Made by a program: the position numbers and the translations under genes. DNA of 64,000 nt from an uncultured Pirellulaceae bacterium (GTDB taxonomy: Bacteria; Planctomycetota; Planctomycetia; Pirellulales; Pirellulaceae). The DNA lies in assembly GCA_938010615.1 (NCBI GenBank), contig CALLUY010000034.1, positions 982 through 64,981 of the forward strand, read 5' to 3'. Each line of letters starts with the position of its first letter. The stretch's first letter is position 1. Below are positions 1 through 10,020 of the stretch, one piece after another. The notes below the pieces were generated by a model. It ran no database searches, was not told where the DNA came from, and saw only the letters and a list, made by a program, of their open reading frames with translations.

Positions 1-1239
1 CTGCAGGAACTTCAAGCCTTCAGGATAATTGTCTTCCTGATAGGCGTTTGAAACCGTATCGCCAATGTTTTCCAACCAGTTAACTTTCTCTTTGGCGGGA
101 ATCTTCTGGTAGATTTTCCACTGCAGCATGGCTCGTTCCTTTTGCAGCTTGGCCATCGCAACGCCAGGTTCGCCTTCCTGACCGATCGCTGCTTCCAGCT
201 TCGTCAGGTTCTCGTAGAGCCCGGCCAACACTTCGTCAACGAGGTCGACGCCGCCTCCGCCGCCGGGTTCGAAGGTCGGCACGATCTGTGCGACTGGAAA
301 CAAGAGCCCACCGTTTTCAATCGGCTTGCCCTTGGGAACAACTTGCGGCAACTCCATCAGACGCCACGCTTCGCCAACTTGGACGAGCGTACCCAGAGCC
401 AGCGTGTCGGTTCCAGCAGATGACTGGAAAACGCTCGATGCGTGGTCATGACAAATGATGTCTTTCGCAAGCCCCATACCAACTGGAGCAAGACTTGGTT
501 GTCCGTTGCCCGAATTGATCCATTGGGCCTTACCGTCGATCGACTTTTGAGAACGCACCATGTTGGGAAATTCTTTACGAGCTTTCTCCAAACGGGCGAC
601 TGCGTCTTTCGCAATCGAACCTGACAATCCAAGCGAACGAAACTCGTCATTTGTCAGAAGCAACCGTTGGTATCGAGCATCATCACGGGTCTTAATCGCC
701 ATGAAAACTTCGTATGCAACTTCTTCCGCTGAAATGACTTTCCATTGATCGATTTCACCGTCCTGATTTTTATCGATGCCCCAACGAGTTCCAGCTGAAC
801 CCATCCAGCGATATTCGTTTGGCTCCGAATCGTAATCAGTGTCTGTTTCACGATATACTTCGATGCCGTCTTTGTAGTAGGAGAAAAAGTCCAGCTTACG
901 ATCCTTGTTCGTGTCCAACAGGACACGCACGACTCGGTTTGTTGCGTCCGCCAAAACGTAGCCAGTCTTGCCGAACTGCTTGGTGCTGCTTTGCATTTGA
1001 GCCTTCTTCACCATCTCTTCAGATGGACGTCCGTCGACTTTGAAGTCGTAGTCGACTCCTTTTTGCTTGGCCTTGTACGTCAGAGCCGTGGAAATCTCTG
1101 ATTCAGTGAATTTCTTCTTTTCGGCTTGGCCAAATGCATCCTGTGCAGAGACCCCCAAAAAGGTCGCGACAAGAATTGCGAGCGTGCTCAGCTTTTTCGA
1201 AAGAGGGTTGATTTGACGACTTTGGTCGAACGGCATCAT
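1..1239 (-). CDS. Planctomycete secreted protein with DxNxDG Ca-binding-like loops, probably the family with a C-terminal redoxin/TlpA domain; 3' end lies outside the window
   Basis: Not in the ORF track because the stop is outside the window. Hand translation of both ends (ATG 1239 onward and the last codons) is in one frame: MMPFDQ...LSTLAILVATFLGVSAQDAFGQ (signal-like)...LDTNKDRKLDFFSYYKDGIEVYRETDTDYDSEPNEYRWMGSAGTRWGIDKNQDGEIDQWKVISAEEVA...EGLKFLQ. The redoxin domain is recalled family knowledge and is not visible here. Confidence 0.75.
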   Translation of the reverse strand, partial: MMPFDQSRQINPLSKKLSTLAILVATFLGVSAQDAFGQAEKKKFTESEISTALTYKAKQKGVDYDFKVDGRPSEEMVKKAQMQSSTKQFGKTGYVLADATNRVVRVLLDTNKDRKLDFFSYYKDGIEVYRETDTDYDSEPNEYRWMGSAGTRWGIDKNQDGEIDQWKVISAEEVAYEVFMAIKTRDDARYQRLLLTNDEFRSLGLSGSIAKDAVARLEKARKEFPNMVRSQKSIDGKAQWINSGNGQPSLAPVGMGLAKDIICHDHASSVFQSSAGTDTLALGTLVQVGEAWRLMELPQVVPKGKPIENGGLLFPVAQIVPTFEPGGGGGVDLVDEVLAGLYENLTKLEAAIGQEGEPGVAMAKLQKERAMLQWKIYQKIPAKEKVNWLENIGDTVSNAYQEDNYPEGLKFLQ

Positions 1240-1574
1240 GGTTAAACCTGTTTAGCGTTGAATTGGGCGCCTGCGCCCGTAGTAACTCCACCGTTTATAT
1301 CGGAAAACTGATCTCTTTTACCACCGCCATTTTCCTGATTTGACAGTCGCGTAGCCGGGAATCAACGGTTTTGGGAAGGCTATGCGGATTAGCGAACTTG
1401 GCGACAGTCACCTGCGATTTTTCGTAAATCAGAAAATGCGACAAAAACACAAACGAGATTACAGATTTCGCCCTGATCCCACGATGATGGAGTGATAGCT
1501 TTCGGAGTACAAATGGCTGCTTGTCAGGGCCTTTGTTGGATAAAAACATCCTCGATTTTTGGTCAAACCATGGT

Positions 1575-1602
1575 TTGACAGGGTTTGAGGTTTCCATAGA
1601 AT
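1575..1602 (+). promoter_or_regulatory. sigma70 promoter for the tRNA pair
   Basis: TTGACA (1575-1580), 16-nt spacer, TAGAAT (1597-1602), about 50 nt upstream of tRNA-Ile; 16-bp spacers are typical of stable-RNA promoters. Confidence 0.75.
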
Positions 1603-1655
1603 AGCGAACCTTGTTGGACGAGAGGGCTCATGCTTTTGTTCGCAAGTTACGATAT

Positions 1656-1729
1656 GGTCGTGTAGCTCAGTTGGTTAGAGCGCGTCGCTGATAACGACGA
1701 GGTCGCAAGTTCGAATCTTGCTACGACCA
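1656..1729 (+). tRNA. tRNA-Ile (GAT)
   Basis: Cloverleaf: acceptor GGTCGTG/TACGACC, D arm GCTC..GAGC, anticodon stem CGTCG-CT GAT AA-CGACG, T arm GCAAG-TTCGAAT-CTTGC; CCA not encoded. Confidence 0.97.
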
Positions 1730-1783
1730 CTGCCCAACTTGGGGGCACGAGAGGCACCATCCCAGCGGTGCCTGACAATTTTT

Positions 1784-1856
1784 GGGGATGTAGCTCAACT
1801 GGGAGAGCGCCTGCCTTGCACGCAGGAGGTTGTCGGTTCGAGCCCGGTCATCTCCA
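1784..1856 (+). tRNA. tRNA-Ala (TGC)
   Basis: Acceptor GGGGATG/CATCTCC with G3:U70, anticodon stem CCTGC-CT TGC AC-GCAGG, T loop TTCGAGC; CCA not encoded. Confidence 0.97.
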
Positions 1857-1860
1857 CTCA

Positions 1861-1895
1861 AACGCCATCGAAGTTTTCTTCGGTGGCGTTTTTTC
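1861..1895 (+). terminator. Intrinsic terminator after tRNA-Ala
   Basis: AACGCCATCGAAG-TTTT-CTTCGGTGGCGTT hairpin followed by a T run. Confidence 0.8.
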
Positions 1896-1939
1896 GTTGG
1901 ACTGGCTATCCACTCGCTCACGCTTTTTGATGTTGCGCT

Positions 1940-2380
1940 AATACGAGCCCGACGCGCAAGCGAGGGAATATTTCCGAGGATTTTCTGCTCCCTCGCTTGC
2001 GCTTCGGGCTTGTATTGACATCGTCTGGTGATTTTCTGCTCCCTCGCTTGCACTTTTTGAAGTTGCACACATTTTTATTCCGAAGGAATTTCAGCCATTA
2101 GCCGGAGGTCGAGCGTAGCGACCACCTCCGGAACCGTAAGGATGCATGCACGATTCGATCCTGAAGGGATCGCAGCAGACGCCGGCTGTGATCCCTTCGG
2201 GATCATGTTTGCTTGCGACCGAATCCGGTGATGGCGCTGCGCTTATCACCGGCTAATAGCTTGAATCCCTTCGGGATGGGCAAATATAGTGCAACTTCAA
2301 AACTTGCGCTTCGGGCTTGTATTGGCATCGCCCGGTGATTTTCTGCTCCCTCGCTTGCGCTTCGGGCTTGTATTGGCATC
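1940..2380. repeat. REP-like cluster (family ACAAGCCCGAAGCGCAAGCGAG): one forward arm plus three 51-bp tandem reverse units
   Basis: Forward arm 1940-1967; units ATTTTCTGCTCCCTCGCTTGCGCTTCGGGCTTGTATTG start at 1980, 2031 (interrupted) and 2338. Confidence 0.85.
2055..2302. mobile_element. 248-bp MITE-like element inserted in a REP unit
   Basis: Perfect 14-bp TIR TTTTGAAGTTGCAC / GTGCAACTTCAAAA; 8-bp flanking repeat CTTGCACT (2047-2054) / CTTGCGCT (2303-2310); interrupted unit length 307 = 51+248+8; palindromic cargo inside. Confidence 0.8.
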
Positions 2381-2577
2381 GTTCGGTAGGTTGAAACCTG
2401 CACCACATAACGATCTCAACGCCAAATATCAGCACAGCTTATCGAAAAGCTTGCAACGCGCCGCGAATGAGCTGCATTTCACGCACTTTGAAGTGGACGA
2501 CATTCCGATAACTCGGTTAGGCTTACTGTTTCACGCGGCGCTTTCGGCCGCAGCCTCGTGCAAGATCTGCTGGTACT

Positions 2578-5500
2578 ATGGTCAAACCATTCTTCTCGAA
2601 AAAATTTCCTCTCGGCGGAACCGTTGCCTTCGCCATCCTTGTCGTCATCGCCTTCGTGGTACCACTGCTTGGTCGCAGTGCGAAACTGGGAATGGAAAAC
2701 ATCACCAACGATGTCTCCGATTGGCTACCAGACGACTTTCCCGAAACCAAAGACCTCAAAGAGTTCCGCAAGTATTTTTACGGCGACCAATTCGTGGTCG
2801 TTAGTGGTCCGTGGTGCAAAGAAGGCAATCCGCAGTTCAATCTGCTGCGACAGAAGCTCCGTGAAGAGTCACTCGAGTACGAAAAGATCTTGATCGATTC
2901 AGGGCGCGACGAAGAACTGCGTGCTCACCGTGTCGGTGATGAGCTCGGCTTAATGAAGCGAAACGGCACCTATCATGAAGACTGGGGCCAGCGTCAGGAA
3001 AAGTGGCTTCAAGGCAAAGACAAACAGTGGTACTTCATCGATCGACAGGGGCAACTGTTTCGCTGGAAGGGCCAGAACAATGTTGTCGAAGGTGTCCAGC
3101 GTTGGATGGAGAAATCTTCCAACGGTCGCAACGAAGCGGACGGTATCTTCGTGGATCAGTTCGGTCCGCCGCCCAACCTGAACGAAGGCAAAGAAAATCC
3201 TTTCTACGAAGATCCAAAGAAACTCTGCTGCCGTCCTTTCAAGTCAGTCGTTTCCGGGTTGGAAGTTTTCGAACAGATCGGTGGCGAAAACGGCACGCTT
3301 CGAATCAGTGACAGCGACGAAAACGAGAAGTCTGCCTTCGAAGCAGAAATTGAGGCTCATCAGCGTTTGACGGGCGCTTTGTTTGGCCCCACGCCCTCAA
3401 AAAAATTCACGTGGTCATTTGCCTCCCTGTTGAAACACGTCGACGAAGACAAGTGGAAGATTCTTCAATCGAACACAATCTATCGCGAACGTTTCGACGC
3501 CTTTGTGGCCGAAGTCCTTGAAAAAGAATACGACGGAAGCCGTGGAAAGTTGGCAAACGCGAGTCAAAAGGAACGTTTACGATTGTGGTATCGGCTCTGG
3601 TATCAGCTAGAACTCGATCCGCCTCCACGCCAGACATGTTTGGTCGTTACGCTCAACGAGCCAATCATTTCAGAACTCGATCGAGCCGTCGGCCGTCCGG
3701 TACCGGGAAAGCCAAGACGCGGTCGAATTCTTGAGCTTGCGATCAGCAAGTGTGGCATCAGCGAAGAAAACATTCACATCGGCGGACCTCCCGCGGACAA
3801 CGTGGCGATCGATGAAGAGGGAACTTCAACGTTAGTCAAACTGATTAAGTATTCAGCACTGATCGGAATCTTGATCGCGTACTGTTGCTTTCGCAGCTGG
3901 CGCGTGACTGTGATGCTGTTCTTTGTTGGCGGTGTTGCGGCAATGGCAAGTCTTGCGATCGTCTGGATGTCAGGCGATTCGATGGATGCGATCCTGATGT
4001 CGATGCCGTCGCTTGTGTACGTGCTTGGTTTGTCGGGCGCGGTCCACTTAGTGAATTATTATCGCGATGCTTGTCGTGAACATGGGCCCGAATTGGCCGC
4101 AGAGATCGCTGTTAAGCATTGCATCGGACCTTGTTCACTAGCCGCTTTCACGACAGCACTGGGGCTTTATTCGCTTACACAGAGTACTCTTGCTCCGATC
4201 TACAAGTTCGGCCTGTATTCTGCGATTGCCACGATGGCGACGGTCATCTTGCTGTTCACGTACCTTCCCGCCGCGTTGACGCTTTTCAAACCTGGCTACG
4301 AAAAGGTCGATCCGAAAGACATTGAAAACGAGACCGGCGTGATGGCCGCGGTTGCCCGATTCTGGGACCGAGCCGGCGATTGGGTGATCAAGCACTATCG
4401 TCCCGTGCTGGCGGCGGGTCTGATCGTGATTGTCGTTGGAGTCTATGGAATCTCCAAAGTCCAAACACAAGTTCATTTGCTGAAGCTATTTGATCCGTCA
4501 GCGAAAATCTTGCAGGACTATCGTTGGATGGAAGACAACCTTGGCGAGCTCGTGCCTGCTGAGATCGTGGTCAACGTCGATACTTCCGCTCAAGCTGAAG
4601 TCTACAAACTGGAAAAGCAAGCCGAAGCGAACGAGGCTCATCAGCAGGCGATCGCCGCTGCCGAGACCGATGAAGAACGAAAGGCGCTTGAAGAGAACGA
4701 ACCAGCTCCTGACCTCGACAGTCGCTCTTACGCAATGCGTTTGTCGATGCTGGAGCGAATTGAATTGTCTGGCCGAGTCCGCTACTACCTAGAAAAGTAC
4801 TTCGGTCCGACAGGAACAGGCGATATCGGTTCGGGCATGTCAACCGACGTGTTCACGCCTTCGGTAGACTCTCAGGAAGAGGGAGTCCGGCGTAACATCT
4901 TCAGCAATCGGTTGTACGACAGTCGCGACGATATGCTCGAGCAAGATTACCTTGCCGTGCTCGGTCACTCAGAAGTCGGCGCGGCACGTTTCCAAAAACA
5001 GATCATCGACCCGAAAACACTGGGCCGAGAGATGTGGCGCATTAGCATTCGCCTCGCGGCGCTTAGCGACGTGGACTACGGTGAGTTCATTGGCGATTTG
5101 AAATCGGTCATCGAACCCATCATGACGGCGTACCGTTTCCGCAAAGAAATCCTTGCTGCAATCTACGACGCCAGTGAAGGCGGCATCGTCACTGACACGA
5201 AAGTCCTCGTGCTTGGTCCTGATCCAGACAAATACAACACTGACATCAAAGCAGAACTTGCTCGCGGCAAATCGATCTCGACGTTGATCGATCAGACTTA
5301 CATTTTCGGCAACACGCTTCAGGACTTGCTCGAAAACCGAGGCATCCTAAAACAAAAGAAGGGACGCAAGTCATACACTTGGCTCGACCCTTCGGTTTAC
5401 AACGTCAACAATCCGAAGCTGGGAGAGAAAGCCAAAGAAGGCGTTCGCAAAGTTCGCGAGAACTTGAAAACCAATCCCGAGTCTCTCGAGATATACGATT

Positions 5501-6342
5501 GCGTTATCTTGATCAAAGACGACGAAATGTTCGACGTTGAATTTTTGAAGAAGCATTCGAAAAAGTTCGTCGACTGCCGCGAGCATGTTTACTTGATCAA
5601 TCCAGTCACCAAGCAACCGTTGCGTGGCATGATGACAGCCAAGGAACTTCGGGACGACGGAGAGCCGATCGAAATTTCCGCGATGTACACCGGAATCGTT
5701 CCGATCGTCTACAAAGCTCAACGTTCGCTGCTGTCGAGTTTGATCGAAAGTATCCTGCTGGCGTTCGTCATGATCTCAGTTGTGATGATGTTGTTGCTTC
5801 GCGATTGGCGATCAGGTTTCCGCAAGGACAATTTACTCAACTTCCGCGGCGGCATGTGCGCGATGATCCCGAACATTTTCCCCGTCGTAGTCGTGTTCGG
5901 CATCATGGGACTTTATGGAATCAAAGTCGACATCGGTTCGATGATGACGGCCAGCGTGGCGATGGGCATCGCGGTCGACGATACGATTCACTACCTCACT
6001 TGGTATCGCGAAGCACTTGGCAACGGCAAGACGCGCAAACAGTCGATCAAGCACGCCTATGACAAAGTCGCCACTGCGATGACGCAGACGACTTTGATTG
6101 GTGGACTAGGTTTGGCGGCGTTCGCGTTGAGCACCTTCACTCCGACACAACGGTTTGGAACGCTGATGTTGTTCTTGCTGGCTGCGGCGTTGGTCGGTGA
6201 CTTGATCGTGCTTCCTGCTGTCCTCGCGAGTCCGCTGGGTAAGTACTTCGGCCGCGAGCTAACCGATGCAGAGCGTGCTGATCTTGAAAAGCCACTTCGA
6301 GTCATCAATCCTGACGAGCCGGCGATGGGGACGGGGACGTAG
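2578..6342 (+). CDS. MMPL/RND family transporter
   Basis: 1254 aa, two TM bundles, GIAVDDTIH motif in the second half, large extracytoplasmic loops. Confidence 0.9.
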   Translation: MVKPFFSKKFPLGGTVAFAILVVIAFVVPLLGRSAKLGMENITNDVSDWLPDDFPETKDLKEFRKYFYGDQFVVVSGPWCKEGNPQFNLLRQKLREESLEYEKILIDSGRDEELRAHRVGDELGLMKRNGTYHEDWGQRQEKWLQGKDKQWYFIDRQGQLFRWKGQNNVVEGVQRWMEKSSNGRNEADGIFVDQFGPPPNLNEGKENPFYEDPKKLCCRPFKSVVSGLEVFEQIGGENGTLRISDSDENEKSAFEAEIEAHQRLTGALFGPTPSKKFTWSFASLLKHVDEDKWKILQSNTIYRERFDAFVAEVLEKEYDGSRGKLANASQKERLRLWYRLWYQLELDPPPRQTCLVVTLNEPIISELDRAVGRPVPGKPRRGRILELAISKCGISEENIHIGGPPADNVAIDEEGTSTLVKLIKYSALIGILIAYCCFRSWRVTVMLFFVGGVAAMASLAIVWMSGDSMDAILMSMPSLVYVLGLSGAVHLVNYYRDACREHGPELAAEIAVKHCIGPCSLAAFTTALGLYSLTQSTLAPIYKFGLYSAIATMATVILLFTYLPAALTLFKPGYEKVDPKDIENETGVMAAVARFWDRAGDWVIKHYRPVLAAGLIVIVVGVYGISKVQTQVHLLKLFDPSAKILQDYRWMEDNLGELVPAEIVVNVDTSAQAEVYKLEKQAEANEAHQQAIAAAETDEERKALEENEPAPDLDSRSYAMRLSMLERIELSGRVRYYLEKYFGPTGTGDIGSGMSTDVFTPSVDSQEEGVRRNIFSNRLYDSRDDMLEQDYLAVLGHSEVGAARFQKQIIDPKTLGREMWRISIRLAALSDVDYGEFIGDLKSVIEPIMTAYRFRKEILAAIYDASEGGIVTDTKVLVLGPDPDKYNTDIKAELARGKSISTLIDQTYIFGNTLQDLLENRGILKQKKGRKSYTWLDPSVYNVNNPKLGEKAKEGVRKVRENLKTNPESLEIYDCVILIKDDEMFDVEFLKKHSKKFVDCREHVYLINPVTKQPLRGMMTAKELRDDGEPIEISAMYTGIVPIVYKAQRSLLSSLIESILLAFVMISVVMMLLLRDWRSGFRKDNLLNFRGGMCAMIPNIFPVVVVFGIMGLYGIKVDIGSMMTASVAMGIAVDDTIHYLTWYREALGNGKTRKQSIKHAYDKVATAMTQTTLIGGLGLAAFALSTFTPTQRFGTLMLFLLAAALVGDLIVLPAVLASPLGKYFGRELTDAERADLEKPLRVINPDEPAMGTGT

Positions 6343-6352
6343 ATTCGTTTTC

Positions 6353-6449
6353 TTGTTTAACGGCAATACCGTTCAATGAAGCCAAAGTCTCGGTGGCATA
6401 GGCCTCTGGCCTGTGTTCTGCATGTCCACAAGCCAGAGGCTTATGCCAC
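6353..6449. repeat. 97-bp repeat (MITE end plus GTGGCATAGGC REP doublet), identical in inverted orientation to 60946-61042
   Basis: GTTTAACGGCAATACCGTTCAATGAAG followed by GTGGCATAGGCCTCTGGCCTGTG...CACAAGCCAGAGGCTTATGCCAC. Confidence 0.9.
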
Positions 6450-6545
6450 AGTGTCATCACGGGTGACAACCCTTGCCCCGAACCTGTTTTTGACGGAAAC
6501 TCTCTTCCTTGAAAATCAGCATCCGTGAAGGAAGTTCGCACTAAG

Positions 6546-8117
6546 ATGACAGACGGTGAAAACAGCGGCGGTGGACAGAGCCCTCTTGAGGCCCGCCGCA
6601 CGAAAATGCAGCAGATCGAAACCCTCGGACACGATCCGTGGGGACATCGTTTCGACGATCGCCAAATGGCTGGCGACATTCGCACACGCGCTGGCGAAAT
6701 CAAATACAAACTCGAAGACGGCACAGAGCTCGATTTACCGGCCGACCAAATCGAAGCTGGAACGCTCGCCGACTGGATGAAAGAGCAGGGCAAAGGTTCG
6801 CAGTCCGGACCAACCGTTCGCGCTGCCGGTCGAATCATGCTGCATCGCAAAAGTGGAAAGACTCAGTTCATCGATCTGGAAGATTGGACCGGTCGCATCC
6901 AGCTGTTCGTCAACATCAAGAAAGTCGGCGAAGAGAATTGGGAACTGATCAAGTGCTTGGACTTAGGAGACTTGATTGGCGTCGATGGAGAATTGAGACG
7001 GACCAAAACCGGTGAACTTTCCATCTTCGCAACGAAGATTACTTTCCTGACAAAGACTCTCGATCCACCACCCGCAAAGCACTTGGGATTGGTTGATCCG
7101 GAAGTTCGTCAACGTCAACGCTACATCGACCTCGCATGGAACGAAGGCGTTCGAGATCGCTTTCTGGATCGATCTAAAGTCGTTGCCTCGATTCGAAAAA
7201 CACTCACGGATCAACATTTCGTCGAAATCGAAGGCCCAACACTTCACACCATCGCTGGCGGCGCCGCAGCGAGACCGTTCAACACGCATCACAACGCACT
7301 CGACATGCCGTTGGTGATGCGGATCGCGCTGGAGCTACATCTGAAGCGGCTGATGGTCGGCGGAATGGAACGCGTGTTTGAACTTGGTCGCGTTTATCGC
7401 AATGAAGGCATCAGCCCCAAGCACAATCCTGAATTCACGATGCTGGAAGTCTACCAAGCGTTCGGCGATTACAACTCGATGATGGACCTGACCGAATCGA
7501 TCATTGCAAATGCGATCGAAGCCATCGGCTGCGGCAACGTTTTGCCATGGGGCGAGAAGGAAATCGATTTCTCAACACCGTTTGCTCGTGAAACGTACGA
7601 CTCGCTTTTCGCGAAACACACCGGCGTCGATCCGCTCGATGCCGACGCCGTGAAGACTTTCGCCGAATCGATTGGACTGGACACCGACGGCAAGCACGCA
7701 GACGTGATCAAGAGCGATGTGTTCGAAGCAAAAGTCGAAGACGCGTTGGTTGGCCCTGTTTTCGTAACAGACTATCCGGCGAGCATTTGTCCGCTGACCA
7801 AGCGAAAGCGCGACAATCCTGCCGTGGCCGAACGGTTCGAGCTGTTCATCCACGGAATGGAATTGGCCAACGCCTACACGGAGCTCAACGATCCCGATTT
7901 GCAGCAAGAGCTTTTCGAGACGCAGCTTGAAGGCATGGCCGACGAAGATTCAATGGCGAAAATGGACACCGATTTCGTAAAAGCCCTTCGCAACGGCATG
8001 CCACCAGCGGGCGGTTTGGGGATTGGAATCGATCGCCTGGTAATGTTGCTGACGAACAGTTCTTCGATCCGGGACATCATCCTGTTTCCGCTGCTGCGGC
8101 ACGAACAACAACAGTAG
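6546..8117 (+). CDS. lysS: Lysyl-tRNA synthetase (class II)
   Basis: GGAAARPF, RIALELHLKRL, YRNEG..HNPEFTMLE, ANAYTELNDP, GMPPAGGLGIGIDRLVMLL..SIRDIILFP; ATG 6546 preferred over GTG 6525. Confidence 0.98.
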   Translation: MTDGENSGGGQSPLEARRTKMQQIETLGHDPWGHRFDDRQMAGDIRTRAGEIKYKLEDGTELDLPADQIEAGTLADWMKEQGKGSQSGPTVRAAGRIMLHRKSGKTQFIDLEDWTGRIQLFVNIKKVGEENWELIKCLDLGDLIGVDGELRRTKTGELSIFATKITFLTKTLDPPPAKHLGLVDPEVRQRQRYIDLAWNEGVRDRFLDRSKVVASIRKTLTDQHFVEIEGPTLHTIAGGAAARPFNTHHNALDMPLVMRIALELHLKRLMVGGMERVFELGRVYRNEGISPKHNPEFTMLEVYQAFGDYNSMMDLTESIIANAIEAIGCGNVLPWGEKEIDFSTPFARETYDSLFAKHTGVDPLDADAVKTFAESIGLDTDGKHADVIKSDVFEAKVEDALVGPVFVTDYPASICPLTKRKRDNPAVAERFELFIHGMELANAYTELNDPDLQQELFETQLEGMADEDSMAKMDTDFVKALRNGMPPAGGLGIGIDRLVMLLTNSSSIRDIILFPLLRHEQQQ

Positions 8118-8176
8118 CTCAGTCGGTCCCAGACTGAGAAAATTCAACGGCGCGAGTCTGGGACAGGCTCGCCTAC
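8118..8176. repeat. Degenerate GTAG-type REP / hairpins between lysS and the ABC gene
   Basis: GTCCCAGACT...AGTCTGGGAC inverted repeat ending ...GCCTAC (GTAG on the minus strand); also CTCAGTC..GACTGAG. Confidence 0.45.
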
Positions 8177-8214
8177 GAATCCTACGAACTGCGGCTAGAC
8201 GCCACAGCCACGAG

Positions 8215-10020
8215 TCACAGCGGCTTTGTGGCGGCGTCATCCGACGCTGCCAGTCGCGAGAAGGCGCCGTTGGCGTCAATGAGTTCTGCATAGGTGCCTT
8301 GTTCGACGATTCGACCATCTTCCAGAACGATGATTCGGTCCACCATTTGGGCGGCGGTCAAGCGATGAGTGATCATGATGGTCGTGCGATTCGCTGAAGC
8401 CGCCTTTAACGCCTGCAACACGACGGCCTCCGATTGAACGTCGAGACTACTGGTTGGCTCGTCCAGCAGCAAGATTGGCGTATCGCGGAGAATCGCACGA
8501 GCGATTGAAATACGTTGACGTTGTCCCCCTGAAAGGCTGCTACCTCGCTCACTGACGTCGTGCGACAACCCCTTCGAGAACTTACTGGCGAATTCATCCA
8601 CCAACGCGAGCTTGGCCGCATTTTGAACTTCAGCTTCACTCGATCCCGGGCAGCCGAACATAATGTTGTCTCGAAGGCTCCCCTTCAACAGAACCGATTC
8701 CTGCAACACGATCCCAATTTGTTTTCGCATCGAATCGGTCTTGAATTTTCGAATATCCATCGAGTCAATATTAACGGAACCCTCAACGGGGTCGTAAAGC
8801 CGCAGCAACAGGCTGGCCAGCGTGCTCTTGCCAGCGCCGGTTGGTCCGACAATCGCGATGGATTCTCCTGGCTGAATCGACAACGACAGATCTCGCAACA
8901 CCGGGTGATCATCGTACTGAAAACTGACGTTCTTGAAATCGACCGCGCCAGTGAACGCCGGAGCCTCGATCGCGTCCGCAGCTTCTTCCACATCGAGTTC
9001 ACTTTGTAAAACTTCAGCAACTCTTTCGGCACCCGCAGAAGCTTTCGCGAACCCGCCAGCCTGCCGAGCCATCGCACGCATTGGCGAATAAAAATTTGTG
9101 ACGTAGGCAAAGAAAACGATCACGTCGCCAACGGTCATTGTTTTGTCCAACACGGCCTTGGCACCAAAGTACATCACCAAAGCCAATCCGGCGGCGGCCA
9201 AAATATCAACTATCGGAGCCATCCAAGCCTGCAATTTCACGCGGCCGAGATATTCATTAAGACTGAGCTGACTCTGCGTCGAAAACTTTGTGTCCTGACT
9301 CTTTTCCTGAGCCATCCCTTTGACCATGTGGATCGCCGAAAGCGACTCCTGGGCCATCGAAGCCAATTCGCCATCGTGATCGCGTGCTCGGCGCGAAGAC
9401 GTCTTGATTTTGTTGGTCAACTTCCAAACCGCCAAAAACAATAATGGAGCCACGCTGCATGCGATCAACGTAAATTTCCAATTCAGCCACAGCATCATGG
9501 TCAACATCGCCAGCATCAGAAATACGTTGCTGAAAAACATCAACGATCCGCGAGCCAACAACATTTGGATGGCGTTGATGTCAGTCGTTAGTCGCGACAT
9601 GGTATCTCCCAACCGATTGGCGGAATGATATCGCAATGAAAGTCGTTGCAACCGAGAGAAGACGGTTGACCGCAAGTTGAAGATCAACTTCTGCGTTACG
9701 CTGCCCATGATTCGCGTGAAGAGGTACGTAAAGAATCCGGTTCCGATCGCAATCGAGATCGTGGCCGCACAGGCAGCCAACAGGATACTCTCTGGGGAAA
9801 CGTCAGGCGAGTTTAACCAATCCCCGACCAATGGAACGCGAGTCTCTTTTCCGCCGATGACGCGGTCGATGACAATTTTCAACGGCCATGGGCGAAGTGC
9901 AGTCAGCAACGCGTCCATGATCATCGCCACAAACGCAAATCCCATGCTGGTTCGAAACGGATGCAAGAACGGCAGCAGCGTGACGTAAGGGTTCTTTTTT
10001 TCAGCAGGTTGGCTGGTCAC
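8215..10020 (-). CDS. ABC exporter, fused TMD and NBD (MsbA-like)
   Basis: Six-TM N-terminal half; Walker A GPTGAGKST, LSGGQRQR, LLLDEPTS, H-loop; GTG start overlaps the upstream TGA (GTGA). Confidence 0.93.
   Translation of the reverse strand: MTSQPAEKKNPYVTLLPFLHPFRTSMGFAFVAMIMDALLTALRPWPLKIVIDRVIGGKETRVPLVGDWLNSPDVSPESILLAACAATISIAIGTGFFTYLFTRIMGSVTQKLIFNLRSTVFSRLQRLSLRYHSANRLGDTMSRLTTDINAIQMLLARGSLMFFSNVFLMLAMLTMMLWLNWKFTLIACSVAPLLFLAVWKLTNKIKTSSRRARDHDGELASMAQESLSAIHMVKGMAQEKSQDTKFSTQSQLSLNEYLGRVKLQAWMAPIVDILAAAGLALVMYFGAKAVLDKTMTVGDVIVFFAYVTNFYSPMRAMARQAGGFAKASAGAERVAEVLQSELDVEEAADAIEAPAFTGAVDFKNVSFQYDDHPVLRDLSLSIQPGESIAIVGPTGAGKSTLASLLLRLYDPVEGSVNIDSMDIRKFKTDSMRKQIGIVLQESVLLKGSLRDNIMFGCPGSSEAEVQNAAKLALVDEFASKFSKGLSHDVSERGSSLSGGQRQRISIARAILRDTPILLLDEPTSSLDVQSEAVVLQALKAASANRTTIMITHRLTAAQMVDRIIVLEDGRIVEQGTYAELIDANGAFSRLAASDDAATKPL

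Noticed and set aside
1600-2500. rRNA operon around the Ile/Ala tRNAs
   Set aside because: No 16S or 23S signature sequences; there is no room between the flanking CDSs
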